DNA of 63,912 nt, filler included, from Lenisia limosa (taxonomy: Eukaryota; Protista; Breviatea): assembly GCA_001655205.1 (NCBI GenBank). It is 15 parts of 15 records of this genome, joined end to end, with 100 filler letters (N's around TTAATTAATTAA, not from the genome) between each part and the next. Parts side by side here need not be neighbours in the genome. Positions count along the whole stretch, not along the records: positions 16,846 to 27,320 come from LPNZ01007324.1; positions 27,421 to 29,884 come from LPNZ01003633.1; positions 29,985 to 34,802 come from LPNZ01002962.1; positions 34,903 to 37,425 come from LPNZ01001844.1; 11 more parts are not named here. One strand, 5' to 3'. Of this stretch, positions 24,943 through 37,525 are shown piece after piece (the stretch's first letter is position 1; the number at the start of each line of letters is the position of its first letter). The notes below the pieces were generated by a model. The model made no database searches, had not been told where the DNA came from, and saw nothing but the letters and a program-made list of their open reading frames with translations. Both the position numbers and the translations under genes were made by a program.

Positions 24943-27270
24943 TCAGGACCATCTTTTCTTTCGAGGCTTGCAGGGCAGGGATCTGAAGAAGGCGGTGATG
25001 TTTGTGTGACCTCTTTCTTTGGCAATGGAAAAGGGTGATTGTTGATCCTGGGGGGGGGGGGGCANNNNNNNNNNNNNNNNNNNNNNNNNNNNNNNNNNNN
25101 NNNNNNNNNNNNNNNNNNNNNNNNNNNNNNNNNNNNNNNNNNNNNNNNNNNNTCGTCCATCGCATGCGGCTGAGCTCCTGCCATCACCAAGGCTTTGCAC
25201 ACGTCAAAATGGTCGTTTTTTGCTGCAAGGTGCAGAGGTGTCACGCCAAACTGTTCGGTAATTCAGGCATCTCAACGGCACTGACAATCTTCCAACTCAT
25301 TACCCACCCACTGTCGTTCTGCTTGAGGCGCGGGCCTTGAACTTGAGTAGCAGCTTCACGTTTTCCAGAAGGCCCTTTTCGGAGGCCAAGTGCAGAGGCG
25401 TGTAATATTCCTACATACAATGATGAAATGCCAATCCGTTATGATGACGGTTGTGATATCATTATCCGCACTCAACTTTCCAGATGTGTCCCCACAAAAA
25501 AAAACATGATACTATACTGCTATATCATATCATATCAAAAAATGATATGAATTTGATATATTTCATTGTAAATGTATTAATATATCATACAATATGACAT
25601 GCATACTGCATACTATATATGAAACGTATTAACTATGTTGTCAGGCAACCCACAAAAAGTTCGTCATCAAGAAGACAGGCCTCAACGTCAGCACCTTTCT
25701 GAAGAAGTGCCTCAATTCTCTTTGTTTGGCCTTTTTCTGTGGCCAATGATGAGAGAGGTGTACTGCCTTTCTGAAAGGGTCAATAACATATTGCAGCGAG
25801 ACGGATCCATGTTTTGATAACAATTACACCTACTTCGTTCTTGGCATTGATATTTGCACCTGATTTGATAAGGAAGTCGCCCACTTCAAAATGTCCACTG
25901 TCATAGGCAACTTGCAGAGGAGTAACACGTTCCTATCAGTGTGAACCTTGGAAACTATCACTGTGACCCTTGGAAACTAGCGTTGCAGTATTGTTTGTTC
26001 ATTGGTCCAACAGCAGCAAACAACGCCCTCCCACGTCGAAGTAGTGAGACAACAGGTTGATAGGCGCTTTGCACTTTACAAGGTACTGGACAACGTCCAT
26101 GTGGTCGTTTGCACATGCTTCATGAAGCGCACTCCCTAAGGATCCCTTCAAGATCATTTGTCACTCTTGGTCTCTAATGAATCCCTCACATAGCCCACAT
26201 CATCCTTTGGAGCGATATGTGCCCCGGCTTTGAGCAAGAGCTTCACAGCATCAAGGTTGCCGTGTTGGGCCGAACTCATGAGGGCTGTAACCCCACCCTG
26301 CAAATTACAGAAGGCATTTGACAGATCCTAAATACACTAGGGATATACTTAGAGACAACAGAAGAGTGATCAGCGATGAGCAACCAAGCCATCTGAGAAG
26401 AAAAACGAAATACCATTACATATTGCTCCAAGTTCACTCGGTCATAAGAACACCATGACATATTGCTCCATGCTCACTCGGTCATAAGAGTGGACATCTG
26501 CGCCATTTTCAATGAGAAAAGAGATAACGTCCAAGTGCTGCTTGTCAGCAGCCAGAGTGAGCGCAGATGCCAGGGACTGAAAAGGTTAACTGATTTCTTA
26601 GCAGAGGAGTAGAAAGTTGTTGATTCGACAAACCTCCTCAGCCTTAACATTAATGCCGGCCCCCGCTTGCAACAGCGACTTTACCACAAGGAGGTGGCCA
26701 TTTCGTGCAGCTTTGTGAAGGGCGGTCTCCCGGTACTGCTAAGGTTAATGTCCCAGTGAAGACATGCAGATGCAGCATATTTGTGTGCATTTACATGTAG
26801 CTATCACAGAAGAAATGACAACCAATAATTTGCTTCAATTATTGTTATTATATCCCTCAAGACTTATTATTCCCTTGCATATCTTCCACCCTAATTTTCA
26901 ATTAATTGGCAATTTATTGTAAAGGTCAGGTAATTAATTAAATAATAAAGACAGAAACCCTCTCACAACATCAGTTAAAGATACATCCGCCCCGGCTTTC
27001 AGGAGGATCTAGAATGTTAAATATTACAATATGGGTGAGATAATAACACGTTTCCAGCCAAGAACTCCAAAATAAACCCAATGAACAACACATGGACATT
27101 TGAGGATAACTTCAAACCAATAAACAACACATGGACAATTGAGGCTAACTTTTACAACCTCATCATGTCCGCTATCTGATGCAAGGTGCAGCGGTGAAGA
27201 CTTATACGAGGGCTGAGGTGGGTGAAAAAATGCAACACAAGGGTTAGAGGGGGAGTTGAACAGTACAGGC
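24943..27270 (-). CDS. Ankyrin-repeat protein (~8 repeats, roughly one per exon); 5' partial
   Basis: Exons read SSPLHLASDSGHDEVVK, ETALHKAARNGHLLVVKSLLQAGAGINVK, ALTLAADKQHLDVISFLIENGADVH, VTALMSSAQHGNLDAVKLLLKAGA, VTPLQVAYDSGHFEVGDFLIKSGANINAKN, YTPLHLASEKGLLENVKLLL and VTPLHLAAKNDHFDVCKALVMAGA. Stop at 24943-24945. Confidence 0.9.
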
Positions 27271-27420
27271 ATAATGAGGGGAGTAAGAAAAGAGTGTGTA
27301 ACAAGGGTTAGAGGGGGAGTNNNNNNNNNNNNNNNNNNNNNNNNNNNNNNNNNNNNNNNNNNNNTTAATTAATTAANNNNNNNNNNNNNNNNNNNNNNNN
27401 NNNNNNNNNNNNNNNNNNNN

Positions 27421-29884
27421 TGCGCACTTGGAAACGAAGTTCTCAAGGTCTTCCTTGTTGCAGCTCAGTCTGAACAGGCCCTCAAGGTCAGTGGACGGCT
27501 TCTTGCATTCTGAACGAAAGTCAAGGGAATTGTTTACAAGAAAATATAGGAAAATGTTCTGTGACGAGGGGCGATAGTAATAAATAAACGGATAAATTTA
27601 AAAGGCGGTTAAGAGGGTGGCGGCTTTTTGCATTAAGTACATATGAGTGTTGTTAATAATGGGAAAATTCTGGGGGTTTTTCTAGGAAAAATTACATATG
27701 ACCATCCAACCTCATCAGATAGAGACAGGAAAAACTTTTCGATTATCGAGGCCCCATATCTTGTGTGCTTTTGTTTTCTTTAATAGTATTTAGTTATTTG
27801 TTCAATTGTTTCTCTAATATTGTGAGTTAGAATTATTCCATTCAAACCTTCAGTGAGATAAGAGAAGGCCTTTTCGATAATTTCGGGCAGCTGGTCCTGG
27901 ATTCTGGGGGCGCTGCTCCACAAACGGTAGTGCGAGGCGAGGTTCTTGCCAAATATCTGGGGGGGAGGGGGGAGGGGAAGTAAGAATAGTGTGGTGGTGG
28001 CGGTAGTGATAGGNNNNNNNNNNNNNNNNNNNNNNNNNNNNNNNNNNNNNNNNNNNNNNNNNNNNNNNNNNNNNNNNNNNNNNNNNNNNNNNNCTTGTAA
28101 CCCTAAGCTAAGCTCCATAATACACTGATTACACTTAGTATTGTCACGATTGAAAGCTCAATATTATGTGTCAGGACTTGTCGATCAGTGTATAATTTTT
28201 AAATGTTCTTACCTGGGGGTCACAAGCGTCTTTCAAAAGACTTTCACGCCAGTCGCCGTAGTTGCTATATATGGTAAGTGCCAAATAATGAGTTGCTATA
28301 TATGGTAAGAGCCAAGTAATAAGTTGCTACAGATGTATATTTGGCGTTGTTACTATATACTATATATATTTGACAAAAAGTTACCCTATAGGCAAGTGTA
28401 ATCTAGTAGACAAGTTGCCAACCTGCTCATATCAATGACGACAGTCGGGTCACCCTCCGCAGTCTTAGAAACGGCTGTGACACGCAACTACGGGGTGGGG
28501 GTGATTTGAGGGGAAAATCCAATGGTTTAGAGGGAGGGATTGGATTGGGTTCCATAAAAATCGAAACTTACCTGCTCTGAGGACCCCCCTCCCCCTCTTC
28601 AATTGACATATTGAAAACCAAAATCTCCCTCGAAATTTACCTGCAAATCAGAGGACGTTTCAAACGGCGGATCGCAGTCGAACTCGGCCGCTTCCAGGAC
28701 CAATTTGCCGTACTTGGTACTTAGGTCATTGAGAGCCTTAGTGAGCCTGCTTTCGATCTGGGGGAAGGAGGTGGTGAGTACAACCGGCAAATTTATGAAA
28801 CAAAACAAAAAAGCCCAGAATCAACTCTCTGTTCGCTGCAACACACGGGGTTGAGAACCTTAAGAAATCGGGGGATAAACGGGTATAATGATGATAGAGC
28901 GATGAATACACAATGGATATGTAATTAGGGCTTCGAAAAAGATGGAATTTCTCGATACATCCTCGAAAACTATCGATATTTTCCCGAACCGAAGTGAAGC
29001 CACTATATTTTTGATATATTACAGCACCCGGGCATTCTAACACTCCCTCTACTTTATATGTTAGATTATAAACGTCAATCTCCCCCCCCATATAAACACC
29101 CCATGTTATATCAATACCCCCCACGCCGGAAGCAAGGTCGTCCCAGGCAGTCACCCGCAAGTTATCCGATCTTTCGATCTCCTTCAGAATCTCAGCGTGG
29201 AGCTGGAAGCAAGTTAAATATTGGTTACAATAGCTAGAAATGTGTCAAATATAGAATAAAATAGCCAAAAAGAGTTAAAAATAGGATAGAAGAACTATGA
29301 TAGACCTCCCCCTCTCCCCACTTTTTCATAAGTCTCCGTCTTAGTCTTTAGTGTAGCTTCCGCTTCGGTTACTTCCTGCTCTGCCTGTTTCAGCTTCTTT
29401 CCTCCCTTCGCCTGTGGGGGGGGGGGGAGTGAAATTGGAAAATGCATGAAAAAAAAAAGAAGCCCAAAACCAACCTCTCTTCATATCAAATGTATAGTAA
29501 AAGAGTAAGTGATGATACCCCCCTCCCCCCACTTGGAGGCTAGTCACCTTCTCGGTCTTCTTCTTCAGGTCTTTTTTTGCCTCCTCCATCTGCGAGAGAA
29601 CTGAACTTCTGTGCTGGAGCACCGACTGCGGGGGAAAGGTGTAAATGTAGCCAATGTATGAAACAAAATGAGTAAAATGTTAGGTAAAATATATAGTCCA
29701 ATCATAAAAAACAAAAAAAAACAAGGTTGTACCTCTGGTCGAAACCGTCCACCCCATCACGCTTATAGAGATTAAAATTATAGTAAAATATTAATTCATC
29801 CAATCATTAATATTTTAAGGCAATAAACATATAATATTATACCCCCCAGAAAAACAGATTATACCCCCAGCTCCCACCTGCTCT
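27421..29884 (-). CDS. BAR-like coiled coil + RhoGAP-domain protein; partial at both ends
   Basis: RhoGAP motifs IFGKNL...LPEIIEKAFSYLTEG and DLEGLFRLSCNKEDLE. Upstream helical exons read MEEAKKDLKKKTEKVTSLQ|AKGGKKLKQAEQEVTEAEATLKTK and FQLHAEILKEIE. Confidence 0.7.
28926..29002. mobile_element. MITE family B copy (internally deleted)
   Basis: tagggcttcgaaaaag...cgaaccgaagtgaagcc. Confidence 0.75.
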
Positions 29885-29984
29885 NNNNNNNNNNNNNNNN
29901 NNNNNNNNNNNNNNNNNNNNNNNNNNNNTTAATTAATTAANNNNNNNNNNNNNNNNNNNNNNNNNNNNNNNNNNNNNNNNNNNN

Positions 29985-32900
29985 GTAGTCATCACTGACA
30001 CTTTCGGTCTTGAAGAGGGGATGTACCTCGGCAAAGTACAGGGAGAAGGGGAATTCCTCGGCAACAATGCTAACAGCAGGGGCTCCTGAGGGGGGGGGGT
30101 AAAGAACCATTGCTAATTTGACCGAATGGTATAGTAATAGGTAAACTCCTGCCCACCCTTTTCAATGGCGGAGTCAATTTTGCGGCAGAACAATCTCCAT
30201 CTTGGTAAGACCTAGGGAGTAAGGCAGGGAACAAGTAAGGATTAGCACTCAAAAAGTCAGAAGTCAACAATACCTCAGTTCTGAAGAAGATAGCAGAGGT
30301 TTCAGCAGTATGATGAGCGTGTTGGTTGGGCGGAAGGCCAAGTGAGACAGCAAGCTTCTCAACATCCCTACGAGGTCACAGGGAACAACCATGAAACAGT
30401 ACACATAGCTTATCAAGAAATCCCACCCCCTCCCCCACTTGAGGCGATCCTGTCTGAGCTTGAGCAGATGATCAACACGTCCCCATTTGCTGAAGTCCTT
30501 GGTGGTCTCCAGGAGGCCCTCACCGTGACCTGGTGTGTGAGTGCAATCCGAGAGGGCTTATTTCAGAACATTCTATTGTACGTAATACAAATCATATGAT
30601 ATTCATATTTGAAATACGACCCCCCCCCCCCCNNNNNNNNNNNNNNNNNNNNNNNNNNNNNNNNNNNNNNNNNNNNNNNNNNNNNNNNNNNNNNNNNNNN
30701 NNNNNNNNNNNNNNNNNNNNNNNNNATTTTGTCGAAGAGGGCGTTGAGCGCCTGGTTACTATGGGCAAGCATGAGAGTGCGCGTGTTGGGCAGGGCGTGG
30801 TACCAGTTCGAGAGAATCTGAGCGGTCAATGCAAGCAGCAAACTGAGCTATTCGCTAACTCCGGCATACCTGAACAGCAACATCGGTTTTACCGGTACCT
30901 GGGGGTCCCACAACCATGGTGAGGCCAGGGGACATGGCTCCTCGGATAGCCTTGACTAAAATCGTAAACATTGGTTCTTGGAAGTGTGTGATGGAATGGA
31001 TCCAATAAAATGATGAACAAGTAAAACTCTAACGTACTTTGAGAAGGGGTGAAGCGGACGGAGTTGAAGTTGTGCTTGACAGTGTAGGGGCCGACTTGGG
31101 GGATGGAGTAGGCGGTGGCGATGATGGGTTTTGAGGGGTCTTCAGTGGGAAGATCTTCCACATCAATGTGGGGAATGGCAAGCTGGGGGGTGAGAGAAAA
31201 TACTATGTATGTACATGTCATATGTAGCTGAAGAGAAGAATAAAAGGGTCAAATCTGATGAAGATACGATTGAGTATTGAAAAGAGTTTGGCAATAAATC
31301 ACAGACCTTCATGCAGTCACCGTTGTCGTCTCCAGTGAACTCAACCTTGAAGCCTGGGAAGGACTCAGCAAGGTGGTCACGTGACACAAAAGTGTCGCGC
31401 ATGTCCAGGTTAAACAGCTGGTCCTTCATGTTGCTGAACTACTCAGGTCACTATCACTCTAACTCCGCCAAACGAGAACAAAAAGACTGGTTGGTAGAGA
31501 AACTTCAATTTTTGACCCCCCCCCCCCCNNNNNNNNNNNNNNNNNNNNNNNNNNNNNNNNNNNNNNNNNNNNNNNNNNNNNNNNNNNNNNNNNNNNNNNN
31601 NNNNNNNNNNNNNNNNNNNNNNNNNNNNNNNNNNNNNNNNNNNGCCACGGTGGCAAGTCCGCATTCTCAGTCAGTAGCTCGCGGATAGTTGCCAGGATGG
31701 CCTTGAAGTTGTTCTCTTCAGGGCGGCGGCGGACCATCAGATTCGACCTGGGGAGGGGGGTAAGCAATATTCGCGGTCCGTACTGAAGTGCCCAATGAAG
31801 TGTAGATAGGGGTGCTTTTTTAAACAGCATACGTGGCATATTGTCTGTTGGTGGCCTTTTGGTTGAATCCGTTTTCGCGATCGTCAGCCTGAAGGTTAGT
31901 GAAGAACCTCACTTAAAATACAAAGGAATAAGCCAACAATATGACGCTGAGTGCTGTAACAGATGATAATGGTATTGAGACCACCCACAAAGTACTGTGC
32001 TGGGTCGAGACTGAGTTTGTAGAACCGCTCAGTGCCGACAAGGACGATGGCGTCTTCACGACCTTGGCGGGCCTACACGGTCAGACGCCACGTGCTGTGT
32101 CCTGACACCCACCTCATCGTAGACATTCCCGTGACCATCAGACACCTCCATGATTTCTGCTCCGCGAACCTAGGGGTGTCAACACGTAATAATCTCTGGA
32201 ATGCTGGAAAGCACTTTCTGTCATTAGGCCTTCTTCAGTCCCAAAAAAAAAAACCGAATTCCCAATAAATAATTACCTGGTTTTTTTTCTTTAATCGAAT
32301 TGTACCCCCCCCCCCCCCNNNNNNNNNNNNNNNNNNNNNNNNNNNNNNNNNNNNNNNNNNNNNNNNNNNNNNNNNNNNNNNNNNNNNNNNNNNNNNNNNN
32401 NNCTCAACAGTTGGCAGTCCGTTCTGGTGGGGGTGGGTTAATATGATAACAGTATTCGCGAGCACCGAAGAAAGGAAGCCCTAGTAACAAGAATATCTGA
32501 AAAGTCCCCAACCTCGTCAAAGTATTCCATGCTGCCTTGACGGTTGACGATGAAGATGTTGTCAAACTTGCGAAGATTCTCCCACTCATTCAAAATGTCT
32601 CCCTTCCAGGTCAATAATTCGAAGAAAATGGCCAAAAGGCAAATTTGATTTAAAGGATACTTGAGGAGACGAAAGGACCATACCTGGAAGTTCCTGAGGT
32701 TGACCTTCATCTGAGCAGTGATGCGGCCGGGCCTGTTCTCACCAACGTGTGGCTTGGACACGGTCACAATTTTGAAGTCCTCAATGGCAGTGGCGTAACG
32801 TGACCAGGATGTGCGTTCAATGGCAGACTAAATGGTTATGAATGGGTATTGCATATCATCGTAGTGATGTGTATTGCTATCGCCCAACCTCAAGGTCCTT

Positions 32901-34424
32901 TCTGATACCGTAAGCGCACTCCAGGAGGTAGAGCTGGAAGTTGCGGAAGAGATAGTCGCGGAAGGAGAGGAATTGGAGGTTCAACTGCAGAGTGAGCCGT
33001 TCCTATCTCTAATTTCTCAAATTCCGCCCAACGGGTGAAGGCACATCAGACTCCATACCTTGGGCAGGGCTCGCACACGGTCATTCACCTCCATGTTGGG
33101 AGGAACAAGATCGTCGTCCCAGAGAAGCTCCTGGGGGGTAAACGGAAGCGTGCCATAATATTGAAATATTTATGAAATAAATCACAAAAAGAAAATTGTC
33201 ACCTCCATAACATAGGACACAAACGAGGTTTCAGAAAAGGCAAATAGAGAATAAGTCCATCCCAGCCGCCTTGGATAATAAGCCATACCTGGGTGGGGTA
33301 GAGGGCGAGTTTGTTGACATCTTCGATGTGAGTCGGTCTTCTCTCCAAATAGTGCACCAAAACTGCGATGGTGAGTGACTAACCTCCAAAACTCAGTTGG
33401 CTCTAACCAATCCCCCCACGGAAGATGAGGAACTCCTTGGTGTGTTCGGGTTCAAACTCAGAAGACACTGGGCCCACAATTGAAAGCTTGCGGCAGAAGT
33501 CTTCCAACTCCTCAACTGACAGGTTCTAGGGGGTGAGGAAAGAATTAAGGGGGCAGAAACTGTTATTGTTCTGCAATTGAGCGAACCTCGAAGTGCTCCG
33601 TGAGCTTGACGGCGTTCTCAACAGTGGACATGGGGGCCATGGCAAAGGACTCCATTGTGCCCTGATAGTTAGCAATGCCTGCCTCCCCCCTCAAGGATAT
33701 TGATGGTTAGCAATGCCTGCCTCCCCCCTCAAGGGTTTCATACTGGATGGTATTTGAAAGAGAGGCGCTGGGCGCGGGAGAGGCGCGCCGAATGAGCCGT
33801 CACAGCGTTATCGACAGAGAGTTCGTCGCCGGTGTGCACGTTGATCTCGAAGCGAAGGTACATATGGAAGTGTTGCAGCTGATGACGGAAGGCCCTGGCA
33901 TGTTAACAATATTGTAAATCGGTGCAGAATATTGCCAAAACAACACCTCTCTCATAGAGGAGAAAGGAATGAGCACCGCATACTCGCCAGCATCGACTCC
34001 GTGGAGGTAGGAACGGCGTGATGTCACAAAAATGTGCTTGTCTAAACAATTATTTCATCAGAGCAAAAAATGTGGTTGGGACCACCCCCCTCCCCCACCT
34101 TCGAAAAGCGCAAGGGTGTGTCTACGGGTAATGAGGCAAGAGAGCAGGTCAGTGAAGAACGACAGGACAGCCTCAACCTTGTGTACTGTGTCAACTTGGC
34201 CTGGGGTGGTGAGAAAAGGGAACTGAAAACAATCTGAAAAGAAAGAAACGATATGCAAGGCAAAAGTCAAAACGCCAACAGTTTGAAGAGGAGACGCCGG
34301 TAAGCATTCCAAGATAGCACTCAACAAGACCGTTGACGAAGTCTCTCTCAAGAGGGTCGATGGCCTTCCCGCGGGCTTCCTTGGCCTTACGCTTGGCCCA
34401 GCGTTCCTGGAGGGAAGGCTCATT
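29985..34424 (-). CDS. AQR: Intron-binding spliceosomal RNA helicase Aquarius; partial at both ends
   Basis: Exons match recalled Aquarius motifs: [15 protein letters not shown]|QELLWDD...ALPK|[79 protein letters not shown] (P-loop), [30 protein letters not shown] and FPFSLYF. Confidence 0.93.
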
Positions 34425-35599
34425 CTGGGGGGGGGGGTAACGAAGGAAATTCATTGAATAGTGGAGAAAGTTTTATTTACATCTAACATATTTTTTGCCC
34501 ATTATTTTTGTGATAAAAGAACGTCGTTTCTTCCCACGAGCGGTCTTAGTCGTGTTTTGGATGTATTTTGAAGGAAATAATGAGCTACTATGAAGATAGT
34601 ATTTCGCATGTATGTTGATACCCCTGATCATGCTATTATATGTAACTCTTTTAAAATGTGAGTTTAGTGCGAAAATTAGTGAAAATAGTAAAAGAAAGGT
34701 TAACAAGGAATCTCTTGTGTCCAAAAGTGAGGGGAAAACCCCTAGTTTTTGTTCGAGGTTTTAATCATGTTCGCGGACCATACATAGATCCATTTTTTTT
34801 TCNNNNNNNNNNNNNNNNNNNNNNNNNNNNNNNNNNNNNNNNNNNNTTAATTAATTAANNNNNNNNNNNNNNNNNNNNNNNNNNNNNNNNNNNNNNNNNN
34901 NNTTAATATGTTAATAATGCACCCAATCATTGGCCTTACAACTCTGTGCACACAGCTTTCTGCGTGCCTCCGCAGCATACTATATATCAATAATATATAC
35001 ATGTATATATATACACATATTTTTTTATATTTCAAAGTTTTATTGTTCTTATTAAAACTGAAGTGTAGCCATTACCTGAAAAGGGAGGAGGTGGGGGTGG
35101 TATCCCAGCTACATAGTAGTCAAAAACAATTTGATCAGATCAAAATGTATATCTATATACATATGATATAGTATATATCATACTATATGTACTATGTACT
35201 ATAAGATATATAGTATATTATATATTATATCAAGTCAAATGAGTATATTTTGGACTAAAGTTTTCATTTTTGAAAAATGACGTCGATAAAATATGATATA
35301 TCAATACAGTATAATACATGGATACATATTAATATATTAGTAAAAGGTTAAAACCGCTATTAAGGTGGTTCAGTACTTTTTCGTTTGAAATAGCTTCGGG
35401 TAGGAAAATGTAAAAATGCCCATTTTCCCAACTTCCGAGGTTGTTCCAATTTTAGACGTTTTTGGGCTTCGCTTTTTTTCACCTTTTTGGGATTTAAACA
35501 CGATATTTGAGGAAAATAATTGAATTGACAAAGCAAAACCAACCCCTACTCATATATTCAGGGGGTGTATTTTTGCCAACCTCAAAATGGAAATTTTCT

Positions 35600-37230
35600 T
35601 GTTTTCCCTCCCTTTTATTCTTGTTATTACACACAAATACTCTAACTTTCTTCTAGTGATACTGTGGTTAGGTGACACGTAATTGAGTGTGAAGAAGACA
35701 GCTATGCTGGCTTTGTTATCTCGAATCAAAGCGATGTTAACCACACTTTTGCAGCTAAATCGTGTTTTATTGCTTAATGAAAATTGTTAAACCAAGCATC
35801 AATATGAGAAACATTAGGCGAGGGAACGAGTGTCTTTTCGAAAATGGAGACACTATCACTTCATCTGGAGGCGACGTGCACCACCTCCACATCGCTGAGG
35901 CTGTTGAGGCTGTTGGTGCAGCTGCTTTGCAGGATGAATTTGGCCACCGTGTTCGAGGAATGCGTAAGGGTGATCATCCAAACTATATGATATATAGACT
36001 ACATTTTTTTAAAGAGGAAAGGGGGTCCCTCAGAGGGGTGAGAAGGTATACATAAGGTATACATACCAGGGGGGGGGGGGTCAGNNNNNNNNNNNNNNNN
36101 NNNNNNNNNNNNNNNNNNNNNNNNNNNNNNNNNNNNNNNNNNNNNNNNNNNNNNNNNNNNNNNNNNNNNNNNNNNNNNNNNNNACTGTTTTGCGCTTCAA
36201 AAAAAAAAGCAACTTTTCACAAGAAGTTGTAAGAATGGAAATTGGTAGAGATTAATAAATATGTTTTTTTACATTTTTCTATTTCATAATGAAAGAATCT
36301 ATCTTTTTTCTGCTTGAGCTGTATGATTCTTTAACTGGTCCCTCAACCGTGACCTCCTCATGGACGAAGACCACTCCTGGACCAACAAGGAGAGGAGGTT
36401 CGTCACCAACAGGTTGTTTTGGGTGTTGTGAACCAGCGTCTCACGCTTCCCAAATGTGTAGTTGATTATGCACGATCTGTATTCTGATGAATAATTCTGT
36501 CTTATTATTACCCATTTCTTCTGAATTAATCACGAAATATTATCCATTTTGGGTTGCAAAAAATTATATTCTCTCGTAATTGTAATTATAACGGAATCTA
36601 CACCTTATCCTCCTCCTCTACGTCATATTCGGTGTCGCTTTTGTCGGGGTTCCAACCTCCTCCTCCTCCTTCTTCTTCTATTTCTTCACCCGAATATTCG
36701 GCCTCATCGTCAGCGTTTAAGAGGGCAACAGGAACCATTTTCATCTCGAGGTACTTGGATTCATAACTATGTTGAAAAATGGGAAAATCTCATCCTTGAT
36801 GATGCGGTTCATGGTGCTCTCAGAGGTGATCTCGTCAACAGGCTTGCAAATGTTTCCAAGAGCAGCAGCCTTAACAGGAGTACCGGAGAGAACAGTACCA
36901 AGGGTGTTTACCTGATGTCTCATGGAGCTTCGAAGATAAAAGAAAAAACAAAGAGAACTTAACCTTACACAACATTGTAAAACACATCAAAAAAAAGACA
37001 ACTTTACAGTCAAAATCATTCATACCTTGAAATTAGGGTGGCATCCATGTTGAGCTTCTCACCAAGAGACTGGTTGGAGGAGCGAAGATCCTTCTTGACG
37101 GGAGACGAGACGACAGCAGCATTCCTCGATTTGTGACTTCTCACAATTGACGGGGAGACTTGATGGCAAGAGGATCAAGAGTCACGAGAGGGGGGAGAAA
37201 GGGACGAGGAGTTTTTCAGCTTCATCCTGA
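35600..37230 (-). CDS. Unidentified multi-exon gene fragment
   Basis: Open segments include SCHQVSPSIVRSHKSRNAAVVSSPVKKDLRSS..., VNTLGTVLSGTPVKAAALGNICKPVDEITSESTMNRIIK and an acidic YESKYLEMKMVPVALLNADDEAEYSGEE. No family recognised. Confidence 0.35.
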
Positions 37231-37525
37231 TCATGTGAAAAAAAGGGAAACAAGCTGAGCCTACAATCTGATGAAGTCAATCTGATAAACAGAAGGAAGG
37301 CTCTAGAGGTTATTTAAATTATGAAAAAGCTTACAATTATAAACTCAGAGTAGCACTTGGTGCATCCCTGCCCATTCGGTTTTACTTTTTCCTTTCCTTG
37401 GCTGCCTCTCCATCAAATCAAGGGCNNNNNNNNNNNNNNNNNNNNNNNNNNNNNNNNNNNNNNNNNNNNTTAATTAATTAANNNNNNNNNNNNNNNNNNN
37501 NNNNNNNNNNNNNNNNNNNNNNNNN

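Noticed and set aside
33685-33705. ATATCCTT on the minus strand in Aquarius, resembling a U12 donor
   Set aside because: It lies inside a short GT-AG intron as part of a local duplication. The exon phases are satisfied by the canonical sites.
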